DNA of 62,295 nucleotides, filler included, from a bacterium (GTDB lineage Bacteria; JALSQH01), in the NCBI GenBank assembly GCA_027004335.1. It is 10 parts of 10 records of this genome, joined end to end, with 100 filler letters (N's around TTAATTAATTAA, not from the genome) between each part and the next. Parts side by side here need not be neighbours in the genome. Positions count along the whole stretch, not along the records: positions 27,819 to 39,147 come from JALTID010000093.1; positions 39,248 to 50,561 come from JALTID010000094.1; 8 more parts are not named here. One strand, written 5' to 3'. The notes beneath the pieces are model-generated. The model worked only from the letters and a program-made list of their open reading frames with translations, did no database searches and was not told where the DNA came from. The translations under genes were made by a program, and so were the position numbers. This document shows positions 33,425-44,227 of the stretch, one piece after another; position 1 is the first letter of the stretch, and each line of letters starts with the position of its first letter.

Positions 33425-34398
33425 CTATTTATCAATGGTGGTAAGCTTACGAAATCCCGATGAGGTAACAAGCACCATATCTTCAAGTCTAACCCCACCT
33501 GTGCCAGGAAGATAGATACCAGGTTCAATGGTAAAAATCATGCCTTCTTTTAAAACATCTTTATTAAAAGGGGAGATAAAAGGATATTCATGGATCTCAA
33601 TTCCTACACCATGACCTAATGAATGATTAAAAAATTTTCCATACCCCTTTTGAGAAATATAATCTCTTGCAATCTTATCAAGATCAGAAGCTTTAACTCC
33701 TGGCCGAATTTTTTCCATAGCAAAGAACGAAGCATCTTTAACTATTTGATATATATTAGAAAGTTCATCTATTCTCCCGTTAATAATTGTAACAGTTTGA
33801 TCTGAATTATAATTATCAACAATTACCCCCCAATCAATGAGGACAACATCATTTTGAAAATTAATATCTTCAGGAACCGCATGTGGTTTAGCACTATTTT
33901 TTCCATAGGCAACAATGGTTTCAAAAGNNNNNNNNNNAATCTATTTTTAAATACCTCCCTCATCACCTTTTCCTGAATAAAGATAGAATTCTCGATCTTT
34001 TTAATTTCCTCATCATCTTTAACGGCTCTTATTTTGTAAATCTCTTCTGTTACATCTTCAAGTTGAATCTTCTCCTCCAGTTTCTTATATCTGCTAAAAG
34101 ATAAACCAATTCCATCAATCCCAGATTTTCCATTTTTAAAAAATCCACCTGTCACTATCGTTTCAAGATTTCTGAATTCCTTAACTTCGCAACAACTAAT
34201 TCTCTCAGATGCATCAAGAGTATATCTACCATCAGTGAAAAATACAACTTCCCCTTTTTTCTCCACAAGGAGTAAGCCATTATCACAACAAAAGTTAGTA
34301 AAATAGAATATATCTGGGGGATAAATAACAAGGATCCTTTGAAGACCCTTTTTATCAAGCAAATCTATTAATTTCTTTATCCTCTCTTTCTCCCGCAT
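33425..34398 (-). CDS. Xaa-Pro aminopeptidase (M24 family), one gene split by the 10-N gap at 33928-33937
   Basis: N-domain TDGRY. After the gap the frame reads FETIVAYG...PHA...IDWG...YNSDQT and continues into HSLGHGVGIEIHE and EPGIY...GVRLED. Confidence 0.9.
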
Positions 34399-34825
34399 CC
34401 AGATCACCTATCAGAAACTCAATAGCATAAATATACCCCTTCCAGCCAAGACCGGAGATCACACCTTTTGCAACATCACTTAAAAATGATTTCTTCCTAA
34501 AATCTTCCCTGGCAAAAATATTGCTGATATGAACCTCTACAAAAGGAAGTTGAACAGAAAGCAAAGCATCTCTAATAGCAATGCTTGTATGAGTAAATGC
34601 ACCTGCGTTAATAACAATTCCATCAAATGTGCTACCAGATTTTTGAATTATTTCAACAAGCTTCCCTTCATAGTTTGATTGTAAAAACTCAATTTCAACT
34701 TTACTTTCTTTAAAGTAACTCCTTATATGATTTTCAATTTCAGAAAGAGTGAGAGACCCATATTTATCAGGCTCCCTCACTCCAAGCATGTTCAAATTAG
34801 GACCATTTATAACAAGTATTTTCAC
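34355..34825 (-). CDS. aroQ: Type II 3-dehydroquinate dehydratase
   Basis: NGPNLNMLGVREP..YG, QSNYEG and EVHISNIFARE motifs. Confidence 0.97.
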   Translation of the reverse strand: MKILVINGPNLNMLGVREPDKYGSLTLSEIENHIRSYFKESKVEIEFLQSNYEGKLVEIIQKSGSTFDGIVINAGAFTHTSIAIRDALLSVQLPFVEVHISNIFAREDFRKKSFLSDVAKGVISGLGWKGYIYAIEFLIGDLDAGEREDKEINRFA

Positions 34826-36816
34826 CTGTAAGACCCAAAAATCGGTGGGAGTTCAACCTTATAACCAGTAGGATATGTAAGTTTAACAACAACATAAAAA
34901 ACAACTGGATTCGCTTCTTGTGTATTTGAATCAGGATCAGCCAGAGTCACATAAAACCCAGATGTTGTTCCATCAAGAGTTTTTTCCTCCTGAGGCGTGT
35001 ATTTTGGGGTACCCTTTCCGGTTGATTGAACAGTAATAGATACCCTTGTGCCAGAAGCAAGGGGATTTAAATTCCCATCAACAAGTCTTAGCCAGAATAT
35101 TTGATAACCTCCATTAGATATAGTTATATTCGTTAAAGGAGAAGAAAAATCCAAAGGATTTGAATAAGCCCCTGAACCCTTTGGACCAACAAAAACTCCA
35201 GAGGTAAAAAGCATCCTGGTTGAAGTCCAAATCAGAGTATCATTATCCCAAACCCCATTAGGAGGATCATACATACCATTCTGATTGTAATCAATGTAAA
35301 ATTCACCCTGATCAAACTGGCCGTTATCATTAGCATCAATATAGGGTTCACCGAGATCAATAAAGGGTTCACCTGCATCATATTCACCATTACCATTCTC
35401 ATCAATGAAAGTTTCTTCTCCCTCTGTAACGGCGATTATTGTGACCACTCCATCATGTTGGTTATGTGTCTTCCCATTATATACAACATAATCATCAAGG
35501 TAAGTTGCACCAATATAAGTTACATCAAGGGGATAGGGTTTCTCTGTCTGAATATCTGCCGAAGCAGTTCCGTAATTATCGGTGAGTGAACCAGGTGTTA
35601 TTGCCCCAGCTTCTGAAAAAAATGAAATTGGAGTATTTGCTGGTATAAAATTCCCAAATCTATCTGATAAATATGCTGTAACTCGGGCTCTAAGACCATA
35701 ATATAACAATCCCATAATATTAGCTTTGCTGGTTTCCGAAGCTAGGGAAAAATGTGATGCAGAAGGTTTACCACTGCCAATGTAAATTGTCTGAGAAGAA
35801 GTGTTGATTACTCCTGAATCAGTTTGAACAGAAGCAATTACATGTACTGGGCTTGCAATTTTACCTGCATGTAAAAATGTTGTAGCATACCCATCTTTAG
35901 TTCCTGCAGAAACAGGATCAACATACTCTCCACCATTTGGTCCAGAAACAGTGAAATCAACTTTGATACCATCAACAACAGGATTGCCAAGATTGTCAAT
36001 TACCTGAAATTTAACTTCAGATACCTCAGGAAGAGTTGAACCTTTTACACCTATATGATGGGGAATAGCAGAAGCAAAAAGAATGCTTCCTACCTTACTT
36101 GGAAGAACTGTAATAGTTATCATTGTACCAACATCACCAGAAGTAACAATGATAGTAGCCGTCCCATACTTAGAACCAGCGGTAAATGTAGCTGTCGCAA
36201 CTCCATTAAAAGTAGTTGAAATTTTAGGATCTAACTTTGACTCAGGAAAATTTGTACTGAAATCCACTTCAGTACCATTCTTTACAGGTTTACCACTGGA
36301 ATCATAAATTTTTGCAGTTACAGTGGCAGTTCCATAAACAGTTATTTCTGCTGGTTCTATATTTACATTTATTGTGGCAGGTGGATTTTCACCATAAATT
36401 GGCTGAATTGTAATAGAAATAGACGATGACTTCCCCTGAAAAGTTGCAGTTACAGTAGCAGTACCTTCTGTTCTTGGAGCTACCAGTGTAACTGTGGCTT
36501 TCCCTCCAGAGCTTGTAATAGTAGCTGTAGAATCACCACTTTCTTGAAATGTTCCAAGAGTAGTAGAAAAAGAAACATTTTCACCATCAGGAATAGGCTT
36601 CCCATCGCCAGTAATAGTAGCAGTAATAGTTGATGTAGAAACACCATCAGCAGGTAGTGTAGTCTTTGAAGCAAACAATTGAATTGTTACACTCTTATAG
36701 GTTTTTCCCACTCCGCCACCACCACCCCCTCCTCCTGTTGGTGGTGGTAAAGTAGGACTCTTGCTGCCACAACCAACAAAAAAAATAATAAGAATAAAAT
36801 AAAAAAGTCTCTTCAT
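34822..36816 (-). CDS. Lipoprotein with invasin/intimin-type Ig-like (Big_1) domains and Ca-binding-like DxNxNG repeats
   Basis: ATG 36816, FVGC lipobox, LPADGVSTSTITATI and V.FST..G repeats, and DENGNGEYD / DANDNGQFD / DYNQNGMYD motifs. Confidence 0.75.
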   Translation of the reverse strand: MKRLFYFILIIFFVGCGSKSPTLPPPTGGGGGGGGVGKTYKSVTIQLFASKTTLPADGVSTSTITATITGDGKPIPDGENVSFSTTLGTFQESGDSTATITSSGGKATVTLVAPRTEGTATVTATFQGKSSSISITIQPIYGENPPATINVNIEPAEITVYGTATVTAKIYDSSGKPVKNGTEVDFSTNFPESKLDPKISTTFNGVATATFTAGSKYGTATIIVTSGDVGTMITITVLPSKVGSILFASAIPHHIGVKGSTLPEVSEVKFQVIDNLGNPVVDGIKVDFTVSGPNGGEYVDPVSAGTKDGYATTFLHAGKIASPVHVIASVQTDSGVINTSSQTIYIGSGKPSASHFSLASETSKANIMGLLYYGLRARVTAYLSDRFGNFIPANTPISFFSEAGAITPGSLTDNYGTASADIQTEKPYPLDVTYIGATYLDDYVVYNGKTHNQHDGVVTIIAVTEGEETFIDENGNGEYDAGEPFIDLGEPYIDANDNGQFDQGEFYIDYNQNGMYDPPNGVWDNDTLIWTSTRMLFTSGVFVGPKGSGAYSNPLDFSSPLTNITISNGGYQIFWLRLVDGNLNPLASGTRVSITVQSTGKGTPKYTPQEEKTLDGTTSGFYVTLADPDSNTQEANPVVFYVVVKLTYPTGYKVELPPIFGSYR

Positions 36817-36829
36817 TCTCCTCTCCTTA

Positions 36830-37414
36830 TCATTTACAATTATCGTAATCGGCAAAATTCAATGTTACCGATTGAGTTGCATTAAGATAATCACCAAACT
36901 CAGTTTTTGCCCAAATCGTTACAACCGCATCATAATGTACAACGGTGTTAGTTTTTCCAAGAGTCACTAAATCCTGAGCCAGCTCAAGTTTTATATCTAT
37001 CGGGACAAGATCAATTTCAATCTCACCTGTATCTCCGGGACCAAGTAACAACCCCAAGGATGAAAAACTTACCGAAGGAAGAGAAGGAAGTGTAGAATCA
37101 AGAGGCTTATACTGGATTTGATACTTCTCAATTTTTACCCAGCCAGCAATTTCTTTCTGAACACCGGGGATCAACCTATTCTCCAGCTCAACTTTTGCAT
37201 CATGTTTCATAAATTTTTCCTTAGAACCATCGGCACACTGGTCCTGGTAAATATCCACATCATTGGTATCATTTCCATTGTAAGTAGGTGTTATCGAATG
37301 GATAACAAGTAAGGTACCCGTTTTATCCTCAGGAGAAGTTCCACAGGAAGTTAAAATATAACCCCCTACAAAAAATAATATTACCAAGAAACCACTAAGC
37401 TTTTTCATCTCCAC
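36830..37414 (-). CDS. Hypothetical lipoprotein
   Basis: LTSC lipobox, beta-rich, two further Cys residues. Directly downstream of pilQ. Confidence 0.7.
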   Translation of the reverse strand: MEMKKLSGFLVILFFVGGYILTSCGTSPEDKTGTLLVIHSITPTYNGNDTNDVDIYQDQCADGSKEKFMKHDAKVELENRLIPGVQKEIAGWVKIEKYQIQYKPLDSTLPSLPSVSFSSLGLLLGPGDTGEIEIDLVPIDIKLELAQDLVTLGKTNTVVHYDAVVTIWAKTEFGDYLNATQSVTLNFADYDNCK

Positions 37415-37420
37415 TACTCC

Positions 37421-39147
37421 TTATTTATTGGTAGCTATATTTCTCTGAATAATTCTCGGGGTCAGGAAAATTAATAACTCCGTCCTCTTATCTTCGTTCC
37501 TCGACCTGCGGAACAACCACCCAATAACCGGTAGCTTAGAAAGGAGAGGTACACCTGTAGTACTCTTTGACTTTTCAACCTGAAAGACCCCTCCGATCAC
37601 TGCAGTTTCACCATCTTTTAGTAATATCTGAGTCTTTGCTTCTTTCTTGGATATACTCGGAACCCCAAATCTACTGGTAATACTTGTATCAGGCGCATCT
37701 TTTGTTATATCAAGATCAAGAATAACATTTCTATCAGCAGTAACATGCGGTCTCACTTTTAATCTTAATGTTGCATCAATAAACTGTGTTTGGGTCCCTC
37801 GCTGAGATACACTTTCATAAGGAATTGAGTAACCCTGTTGAATAGTCGCTTCCTGATTATCCATTGTAGTTATTCTGGGACTTGAAATTATTCTACCTTC
37901 ACCAGAATCTTCTATGGCAGATAATCTCAAATCAAGTACTGTTGAATTATTTATAGAACCAAGAACGAGCCCAAGACTGGTGGCAGCACCAGCAGCAATA
38001 GCAGCAGGAAGATCAACAACATAACCGCTATTTAAAGTTCCAACCTGGCCTACTCCTGCTGCAGCAGCACCTCCTCCGGCACCAGCACCACCCATAGCAG
38101 TTGCAGCCCTCCCGGTAGGATTATAACCAGCCATTACACCATTACCGGGAAAGTTTAGACCTGTTGGTGTCCCATAAGCAGCGCCAAAGGCGATTTTACC
38201 TCCCCATTGGATTCCAAGTTCCTGAGTGAAATTCGTTGAGGCTTCCACAATCCTAGCTTCTATCAACACTTGGGGAGTTTGAGTATCAAGATTGCGTACA
38301 AGAGTTTCAACCTCTTTTATATTTCTCATTATATCTTTAACTATTAGAACATTGGTCCTCTCATCAACACTTACACTTCCTCTCTTACTAAGAAGAGGTT
38401 TTACCTGTTTTGAGATGTTAGAAGCTTTTCCATAGCTAACAGGTATAATCTTCACATAGAGAGGTTCAAGCTCTTTCTTTTTCTTAATAGCCTCAAGTCT
38501 TTCCTTCTCTTCTTCTTCAAGCTCTTTTCTTGGGGCAACTCTTATAACATTTCCAATCCTTACATATCCTAAGCCGAGAGTTTGAAGAATAACATCAAGA
38601 GCTTCATCCCATGGTACATTTACCATTCTTACAGTAACCTTACCCTTAACATCTGAGCTTGCAATTATATTAAGGTTACTAACTTCAGCAAGTAATCTAA
38701 GGACATTGTGAATATCAGCATCTTTAAAATCAAGGGAAATTCTCCTCCCAACATATCTCTTTCTGGGAGCAGCAAACCTTACTTTAGCCAGAGCCTTCCC
38801 AGGAAGAGGTGCTGTTACAACAGGAGGAGGAGCAATTTTCTGAACTTTAGCAGGGGCAACAGGAGCAGGAGCAGGTTTTCTGACTACCTTCTTCTTAGCA
38901 ACCGGTGGTATAATTGGAACCGTAGGTTGAACAGGAGGAGGCGGTGGAGGAGTAACCTTTGAAGGAGGTGTTACCTTCTTTGGAGCAGGTTTGGGCAGTA
39001 CAGGCGAAGGCATCACAGGTGGAGGAGCTACTGGAGTCACAGGCGGTGCAACAGTCGGTGCAGTCACTTTCCCAAGTGCCCTTTCCTCAAGTTTCTTCCT
39101 CTCTTCCCCAGGAGTTATCTGAGCAACTGGAGGAGCTTCAGTTACAT
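37421..39147 (-). CDS. pilQ: Type IV pilus secretin PilQ (5' truncated) with a Pro-rich linker
   Basis: YVGRRISLDFKDADI, VPWDEALD, VDERTN, QVLIEARIVEA, VPLLSKLPVIGWLF and ELLIFLTPRI. Frame is open to the contig end. Confidence 0.95.
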
Positions 39148-39247
39148 NNNNNNNNNNNNNNNNNNNNNNNNNNNNNNNNNNNNNNNNNNNNTTAATTAAT
39201 TAANNNNNNNNNNNNNNNNNNNNNNNNNNNNNNNNNNNNNNNNNNNN

Positions 39248-40848
39248 CAATAGGGGCTCATATGGCTGGTGCTTATTACAGGCTTACCGGGAAAATAGGT
39301 GTTTGCATGGCTTCTAATGGTCCAGGAGTTGCCAATATTCTTCCCGGGATCACAGTGGAAAATGCAGAGGGAAACAGGGTGTTGTTAGTAACCAGTTGGA
39401 GGAGGCCCCAGATCTCTCATCCAGATAGAGGTGGCGCTTATCAGTATTTTGAGCAGATGGAAACCATAAAAAATGTTGCTAAATGGAGTGCCACGGTGAA
39501 TCAGGTGGAAAGAATCCCTGAGATAATGAGAAAAGCTCTGAGGGAATTGTGGAAGGGGAGACCTGGTGTGGTGCATGTTGATGTACCTGAAAATTTCATG
39601 AATGCTCAAATTGAAAATGAACCTCCTATCTGGGAGCCTTACCAGTACAGAAGGATTCACAGGATTTATCCTCCTCCAGAACTCGTTGAAGAAGCTGCTG
39701 ACCTCCTGATCGAGAGTGAATATCCATTTATTCATGCTGGTACAGGTATTGTGCATGCGAGAGCCTTTGAGGAATTAAGAGAAGTTGCAGAACTGCTTTC
39801 AGTGCCTGTGACAACAAGCTGGGGTGCCAGAGGTGCTTTAAGAGAAGATAGCAGGTATTCTGTGCCCCTTCCATATGTGGATGTTTTGCTGAATGTCAGA
39901 ACTGAGTCTGAACTTGTGCTGATACTGGGTTCAAGAATCGGAGAAACTGATTTCTGGGGAAAATCTCCTTACTGGGGAGATCCCTTTGAACAAAAAGTGA
40001 TCCATGTAGATGTGGATGATTCAACTTTGGGGATGAACAAGCCTGCGACTTTAAATATATTGGCGGATATAAAAACCTTTTTGCAGCTTTTAATCAAAGA
40101 GATAAAAAAAAGAGGAGACAAAATTCCTAAAGAGAAAAGAGAAAAAAGAATAGATCAGCTTGTGGAGATGAAGGAAAAAGGAAGGGAGCTTTACAATGAG
40201 AAATTGAAGATTGAGAAGGTGCCAATGATTACTGCTCATGTACCAGTGGTGGCGAGAGAAATTTTAGGGGATGAAGCTATATGTATCTCTGACGGTGGAG
40301 ATACAGCTATGTGGGCTCAAATTTATCAGGAATTGAAAGTTCCCAATACTTTGATATCTACCTTTAAATTTGGCATGTTGGGGGCTGGTGTAGGACAAAC
40401 ACTGGGAGCATGCGTGGCTAATCCAGAGAAAAAAGTGTTCTGTATGATTGGTGATGGCGCGATGGGTTTTCACATGCAGGAGATTGAAACAGCAGTAAGA
40501 AATGGACTGAAGCCTGTTTTCCTAGTTGTTTCTGATAAACAGTGGGGAATGGCTAAATTGACCCAGGAAATGACGATTGATCAGAATACAACCATGATAG
40601 AGAAAAAACTTCCCAAAGATAAGCTGATAAATACCGATTTTGCTGAAATTAAGTGGGATGAACTTGCGGAGAGTATGGGAGCCTTTGGAGCAAGGGCGAG
40701 AACCCCTGAAGAGTTACGGGAGGCTTTGAAAAAAGCTATCGCCTCAGAGAAATGTGCAGTGATCCATGTAGAAGTTGATCCAGTAGAGCATAAATGGCCA
40801 CCAGGACTTATGGCTTTTAGACTGATGCACCAGGAGCCTCAGGGTTAA
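39248..40848 (+). CDS. ThDP-dependent enzyme (acetolactate synthase / 2-hydroxyacyl-CoA lyase superfamily), 5' truncated
   Basis: HMAGAYYR..G, GPGVAN, RPGVVHVDVP, and GDGAMGF...SDKQWGM ThDP motif. Confidence 0.9.
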
Positions 40849-40852
40849 GGAA

Positions 40853-41767
40853 GTGATTAATAATGTTGATCTGGTAAAACTTAATTTTAGTCCTCAGACT
40901 CTCGCAGTAATAAATGGCATTTTGGGTGTAATTATGTTTGGAGTAGCACTGGATCTGCATTTCAGTGATTTTGTAGATGTTTTCAAAAAAGCCAGAGCCC
41001 CTCTGATCGGCTTACTTGGTCAATTTATCCTCCTGCCAGCTTTTACATATCTTTTGATTTTGATAATAAGACCGATTCCAAGTATTGCTCTTGGCATGCT
41101 CCTTGTTGCTGCGTGTCCTGGGGGAAATATTTCCAATTTTATAACTTACCTTGCAAAGGGGAATGTTTCTCTTTCCATCTCAATGACTGCAATTTCAACA
41201 CTTCTTGCTATATTTATGACTCCTTTGAACCTATATGTATGGAGTATGTTAAACCCTCAGACAGCGGCGTTATATCATACGGTTAAAGTTGATCCAGTTC
41301 AGATGCTGGAGTTGATATTTGTGATTCTTGGAATCCCTCTTGTTTCAGGTATGTTCATTGCCAAGAAATTTCCTCTTTTTGCACAAAAGGTTCAGAAACC
41401 TTTTAAGATTTCTTCTATTGTTGTTTTTATTCTTATAGTCATTCTTGCAATAAAGGCCAACTGGCAGTTTATTCCTGTTTATATGAAAGTTGTTGCTTTT
41501 GTTGTTATAATTCATAATGCTACCGCTCTTACAGTGGGCTATCTTGCAGCAAGAGTGGCAGGCCTGGAATACCGTGATCGCAAAGCTGTTTCAATAGAAG
41601 TCGGGATTCAAAATTCTGCACTTGGGCTTGTTCTTATATTCAACTTTTTTAACGGGCTTGGAGGTATGGCTCTTGTTGCTGCATGGTGGGGTGTATGGCA
41701 TATAATTTCAGGACTAAGTTTAGCAGGGTACTGGTCATGGAGAGCAACTAAACTGGAGACAGTATAA
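40853..41767 (+). CDS. Bile acid:sodium symporter (BASS) family transporter
   Basis: IMFGVAL, ACPGGNISN, AKGNVSLS and SIEVGIQN motifs. Confidence 0.93.
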   Translation: MINNVDLVKLNFSPQTLAVINGILGVIMFGVALDLHFSDFVDVFKKARAPLIGLLGQFILLPAFTYLLILIIRPIPSIALGMLLVAACPGGNISNFITYLAKGNVSLSISMTAISTLLAIFMTPLNLYVWSMLNPQTAALYHTVKVDPVQMLELIFVILGIPLVSGMFIAKKFPLFAQKVQKPFKISSIVVFILIVILAIKANWQFIPVYMKVVAFVVIIHNATALTVGYLAARVAGLEYRDRKAVSIEVGIQNSALGLVLIFNFFNGLGGMALVAAWWGVWHIISGLSLAGYWSWRATKLETV

Positions 41768-42729
41768 TGGGATACAGATCTGTAATGATTACAGGAGGAA
41801 GTGGATATCTTGGTGGAAAAGTTCTTGCGATTCTTGCTAGGTTAGAAAATAGGCCTGATATTATTGTGAGTATTGATATTAAAGAACCTCCTCATGAAAA
41901 GAGAGAAGAGGGGGTGGTTTACATTGTTAAAGACATAAGAGATCCCGGTGTCTCTGGTATTGTTAAAAAATATGGTGTGGAAGCTGTTGTTCATCTCGCT
42001 GCAATAGTTACTCCTGCACCTGGTATGACGAGGGAATTTTTATATGATGTTGATGTGAATGGAACAAGAAATGTTCTTGAAGCCTGTCTTGAAAATGATG
42101 TTAAGCAGATAATTGTGACAAGTAGTGGTGCAGCTTATGGTTATCATCCAGATAATCCTGAATGGATCGCAGAGGATGCTCCTCTCCGGGGAAATGAAGA
42201 ATTTGCCTATTCCCACCATAAAAGACTCGTAGAGGAAATACTATCTGAATATAGAAAGAAATATCCCCAATTAAAGCAACTAATACTGCGACCTGGTACC
42301 ATCTTGGGGAAGGATACAAAAAACCAGATTACAGCTATTTTTGAAAGAAAATTTCTTGTTGAGATAAAAGGTGGAGATTCAAGATTCGTTTTTATTTATG
42401 ATGAAGATGTTGCTGAAATAATTGTAAGAGGCTTGATGGAAAAGAAAGAAGGTATTTACAATCTTGCTGGAAGCGGAGCACTGAGCATGGAGGAGATTGG
42501 AAAGATACTGAATAAACCTGTTATAAAATTATCAGAAGGGCCTGTGAGGCTTGTTCTTGCTTTCTTAAAAAAGTTCAATCTTACCCGCTATGGTCCTGAA
42601 CAGGTGCTTTTTTTAAAATATCGTCCTGTACTTTCAAATAAAAAGCTTATTGATGAGTTTGGGTATAAGCCCATGTCTTCAAAAGATGTTTTCATGCTTT
42701 TTGTAAAGAACAGATTGAGTATTCAGTAG
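41767..42729 (+). CDS. Extended SDR / NAD-dependent epimerase-dehydratase (3-beta-HSD-like)
   Basis: TGGSGYLG, VHLAA, SSGAAYG and YSHHK motifs. Confidence 0.9.
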   Translation: MGYRSVMITGGSGYLGGKVLAILARLENRPDIIVSIDIKEPPHEKREEGVVYIVKDIRDPGVSGIVKKYGVEAVVHLAAIVTPAPGMTREFLYDVDVNGTRNVLEACLENDVKQIIVTSSGAAYGYHPDNPEWIAEDAPLRGNEEFAYSHHKRLVEEILSEYRKKYPQLKQLILRPGTILGKDTKNQITAIFERKFLVEIKGGDSRFVFIYDEDVAEIIVRGLMEKKEGIYNLAGSGALSMEEIGKILNKPVIKLSEGPVRLVLAFLKKFNLTRYGPEQVLFLKYRPVLSNKKLIDEFGYKPMSSKDVFMLFVKNRLSIQ

Positions 42730-43211
42730 TCCTGTTCTTGAAGAAAAGTTGGAGGGATTTTTTCAATCAATTCCTGTAATGATGGTTTGACAAGAAGCAT
42801 TCCCCCCGCAGAGAGCGCCAGTAATATTAAAAAAGATTCTTTGTCCAGTCCCATGAAGAATGCCACGAGAGCAAGGTATGAAATACCTTCAGGAAGGGCG
42901 GTAGATATGAATTCTGCTTTAAGATATGCCTGAACTATTATAACTGGATCAGGTTCTTTAGTATTGCTTATAAAGTAGTCCAGAAGAAATTTTTTTAAAA
43001 ATGGAGGAATTATTGCTATTATGACAGAAGCTGAAATAATTGCACTCCTGAAGTAACTGTTGTTCAGAAAGGGTTGTTCTGAAGGTGTGGAAACATTTTG
43101 CTGTATCATCAGGACAATAAATGGTGTTAGGAAGAAGGCAGCCCATATAATCCACACAATTAAGAATCTTCTTTTTATCAAAGGCGTCCAGGAAGAGTTT
43201 AAACTCACCAT
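42723..43211 (-). CDS. Hypothetical 4-TM membrane protein
   Basis: GGAGG RBS, four hydrophobic segments, and its own consensus promoter. Confidence 0.7.
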   Translation of the reverse strand: MVSLNSSWTPLIKRRFLIVWIIWAAFFLTPFIVLMIQQNVSTPSEQPFLNNSYFRSAIISASVIIAIIPPFLKKFLLDYFISNTKEPDPVIIVQAYLKAEFISTALPEGISYLALVAFFMGLDKESFLILLALSAGGMLLVKPSLQELIEKIPPTFLQEQDY

Positions 43212-43225
43212 TCACCTCCGTAGGT

Positions 43226-43318
43226 ATTATAACTTGTAGAGTGGAATTATGTCAAAATTATAATTCATGGGATTACTCTTGATTTTGTGTTGACAGTTTT
43301 TTAGAAAGTGGTTATTCT
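43226..43318. promoter_or_regulatory. Back-to-back sigma70-type promoters
   Basis: Minus strand TTGACA-18-TATAAT (43255-43226). Plus strand TTGACA-17-TATTCT starting at 43290. Confidence 0.65.
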
Positions 43319-43328
43319 TATTATTGAG

Positions 43329-43586
43329 ATGAGAAAATTATATATTGTTATGGTGATAATAATTACCTTGATTATGTCCTCCTCATCTGCTGCAGGAACG
43401 GTGTTGAAATTTAAAGCTATTGAAGTTAAAAGAAGAATTCAAAAACTACAGCTCACTTATATCCTACCTCGTTCCAATCTAATGAAAATAGTGGTTTCGT
43501 TAAAAGAACTTGAACCAGATTTTAAGAGTCAGTTAATGGATAAACTCAGAATGGAACCAAAGGAAAATTTGAATAAAGGGGGTTAA
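43329..43586 (+). CDS. Small exported protein, GltF/CglF-like
   Basis: Signal peptide, then F.AIEV..RIQKLQLTYILPRSNL...F...L, resembling the short GltF-type proteins. First gene of the motor operon. Confidence 0.5.
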   Translation: MRKLYIVMVIIITLIMSSSSAAGTVLKFKAIEVKRRIQKLQLTYILPRSNLMKIVVSLKELEPDFKSQLMDKLRMEPKENLNKGG

Positions 43587-43587
43587 T

Positions 43588-44217
43588 ATGCTTGTTTCTG
43601 CTGCAAGAGCTTTTCAGCAAGGTGGGACATTTATGTATGGGATAGGACTTGTTTCAGCATTCGCTCTGGCGATTATAATTGAAAGAATATACTATCTTTA
43701 TTTTAAATATGATGTTAAAGCAGATAGAGTATGGCCGGAAATTTACTCCAAGCTCAAACAGGGAGATATGAAAAGTGCAATTAAGATTACCAATGATCTT
43801 ACAGTTCCATTTTTTTATGTGATACGACATTCTTTGGAGCATCTTGATACAGGAAGAGTTAATGATTTCGCGTTAGAGGCTCAGTTTGAGATTGAACCGG
43901 AACTGAACAGGAGAATAAGCTATGTTTCGCTTCTTGCCAATATAGCAACTCTTCTTGGTTTGCTTGGAACGATTACAGGTTTGATTGCTGCTTTTATGGG
44001 AGTTGCTGCTGCTGATCCGGGGGAAAAACAGAGAAAATTAGCAAGTGGAATCGCAACTGCAATGAATACAACAGCCTTTGGATTGATTGTTGCCATCCCC
44101 TGCTTGATAGCTTTTTCAATTCTCCAGGCGAAGGCGACGGCGATAATGAGTACAGTAGAGTATTATTCTCGTAAGCTTGTTGATTATGTAAATCATAATA
44201 TTTATAACGGGAGCTAA
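43588..44217 (+). CDS. MotA/TolQ/ExbB proton-channel subunit, AglR-like
   Basis: GG.FMY, IIIER, ANIATLLGLLGTITGLI, and GIATAMNTTAFGL motifs. Confidence 0.92.
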   Translation: MLVSAARAFQQGGTFMYGIGLVSAFALAIIIERIYYLYFKYDVKADRVWPEIYSKLKQGDMKSAIKITNDLTVPFFYVIRHSLEHLDTGRVNDFALEAQFEIEPELNRRISYVSLLANIATLLGLLGTITGLIAAFMGVAAADPGEKQRKLASGIATAMNTTAFGLIVAIPCLIAFSILQAKATAIMSTVEYYSRKLVDYVNHNIYNGS

Positions 44218-44227
44218 GGAGGAGATT

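Noticed and set aside
33425-34407. Apparent split or frameshifted Xaa-Pro peptidase
   Set aside because: The frame change coincides with a 10-N scaffold gap, and both sides read as one normal M24 peptidase.
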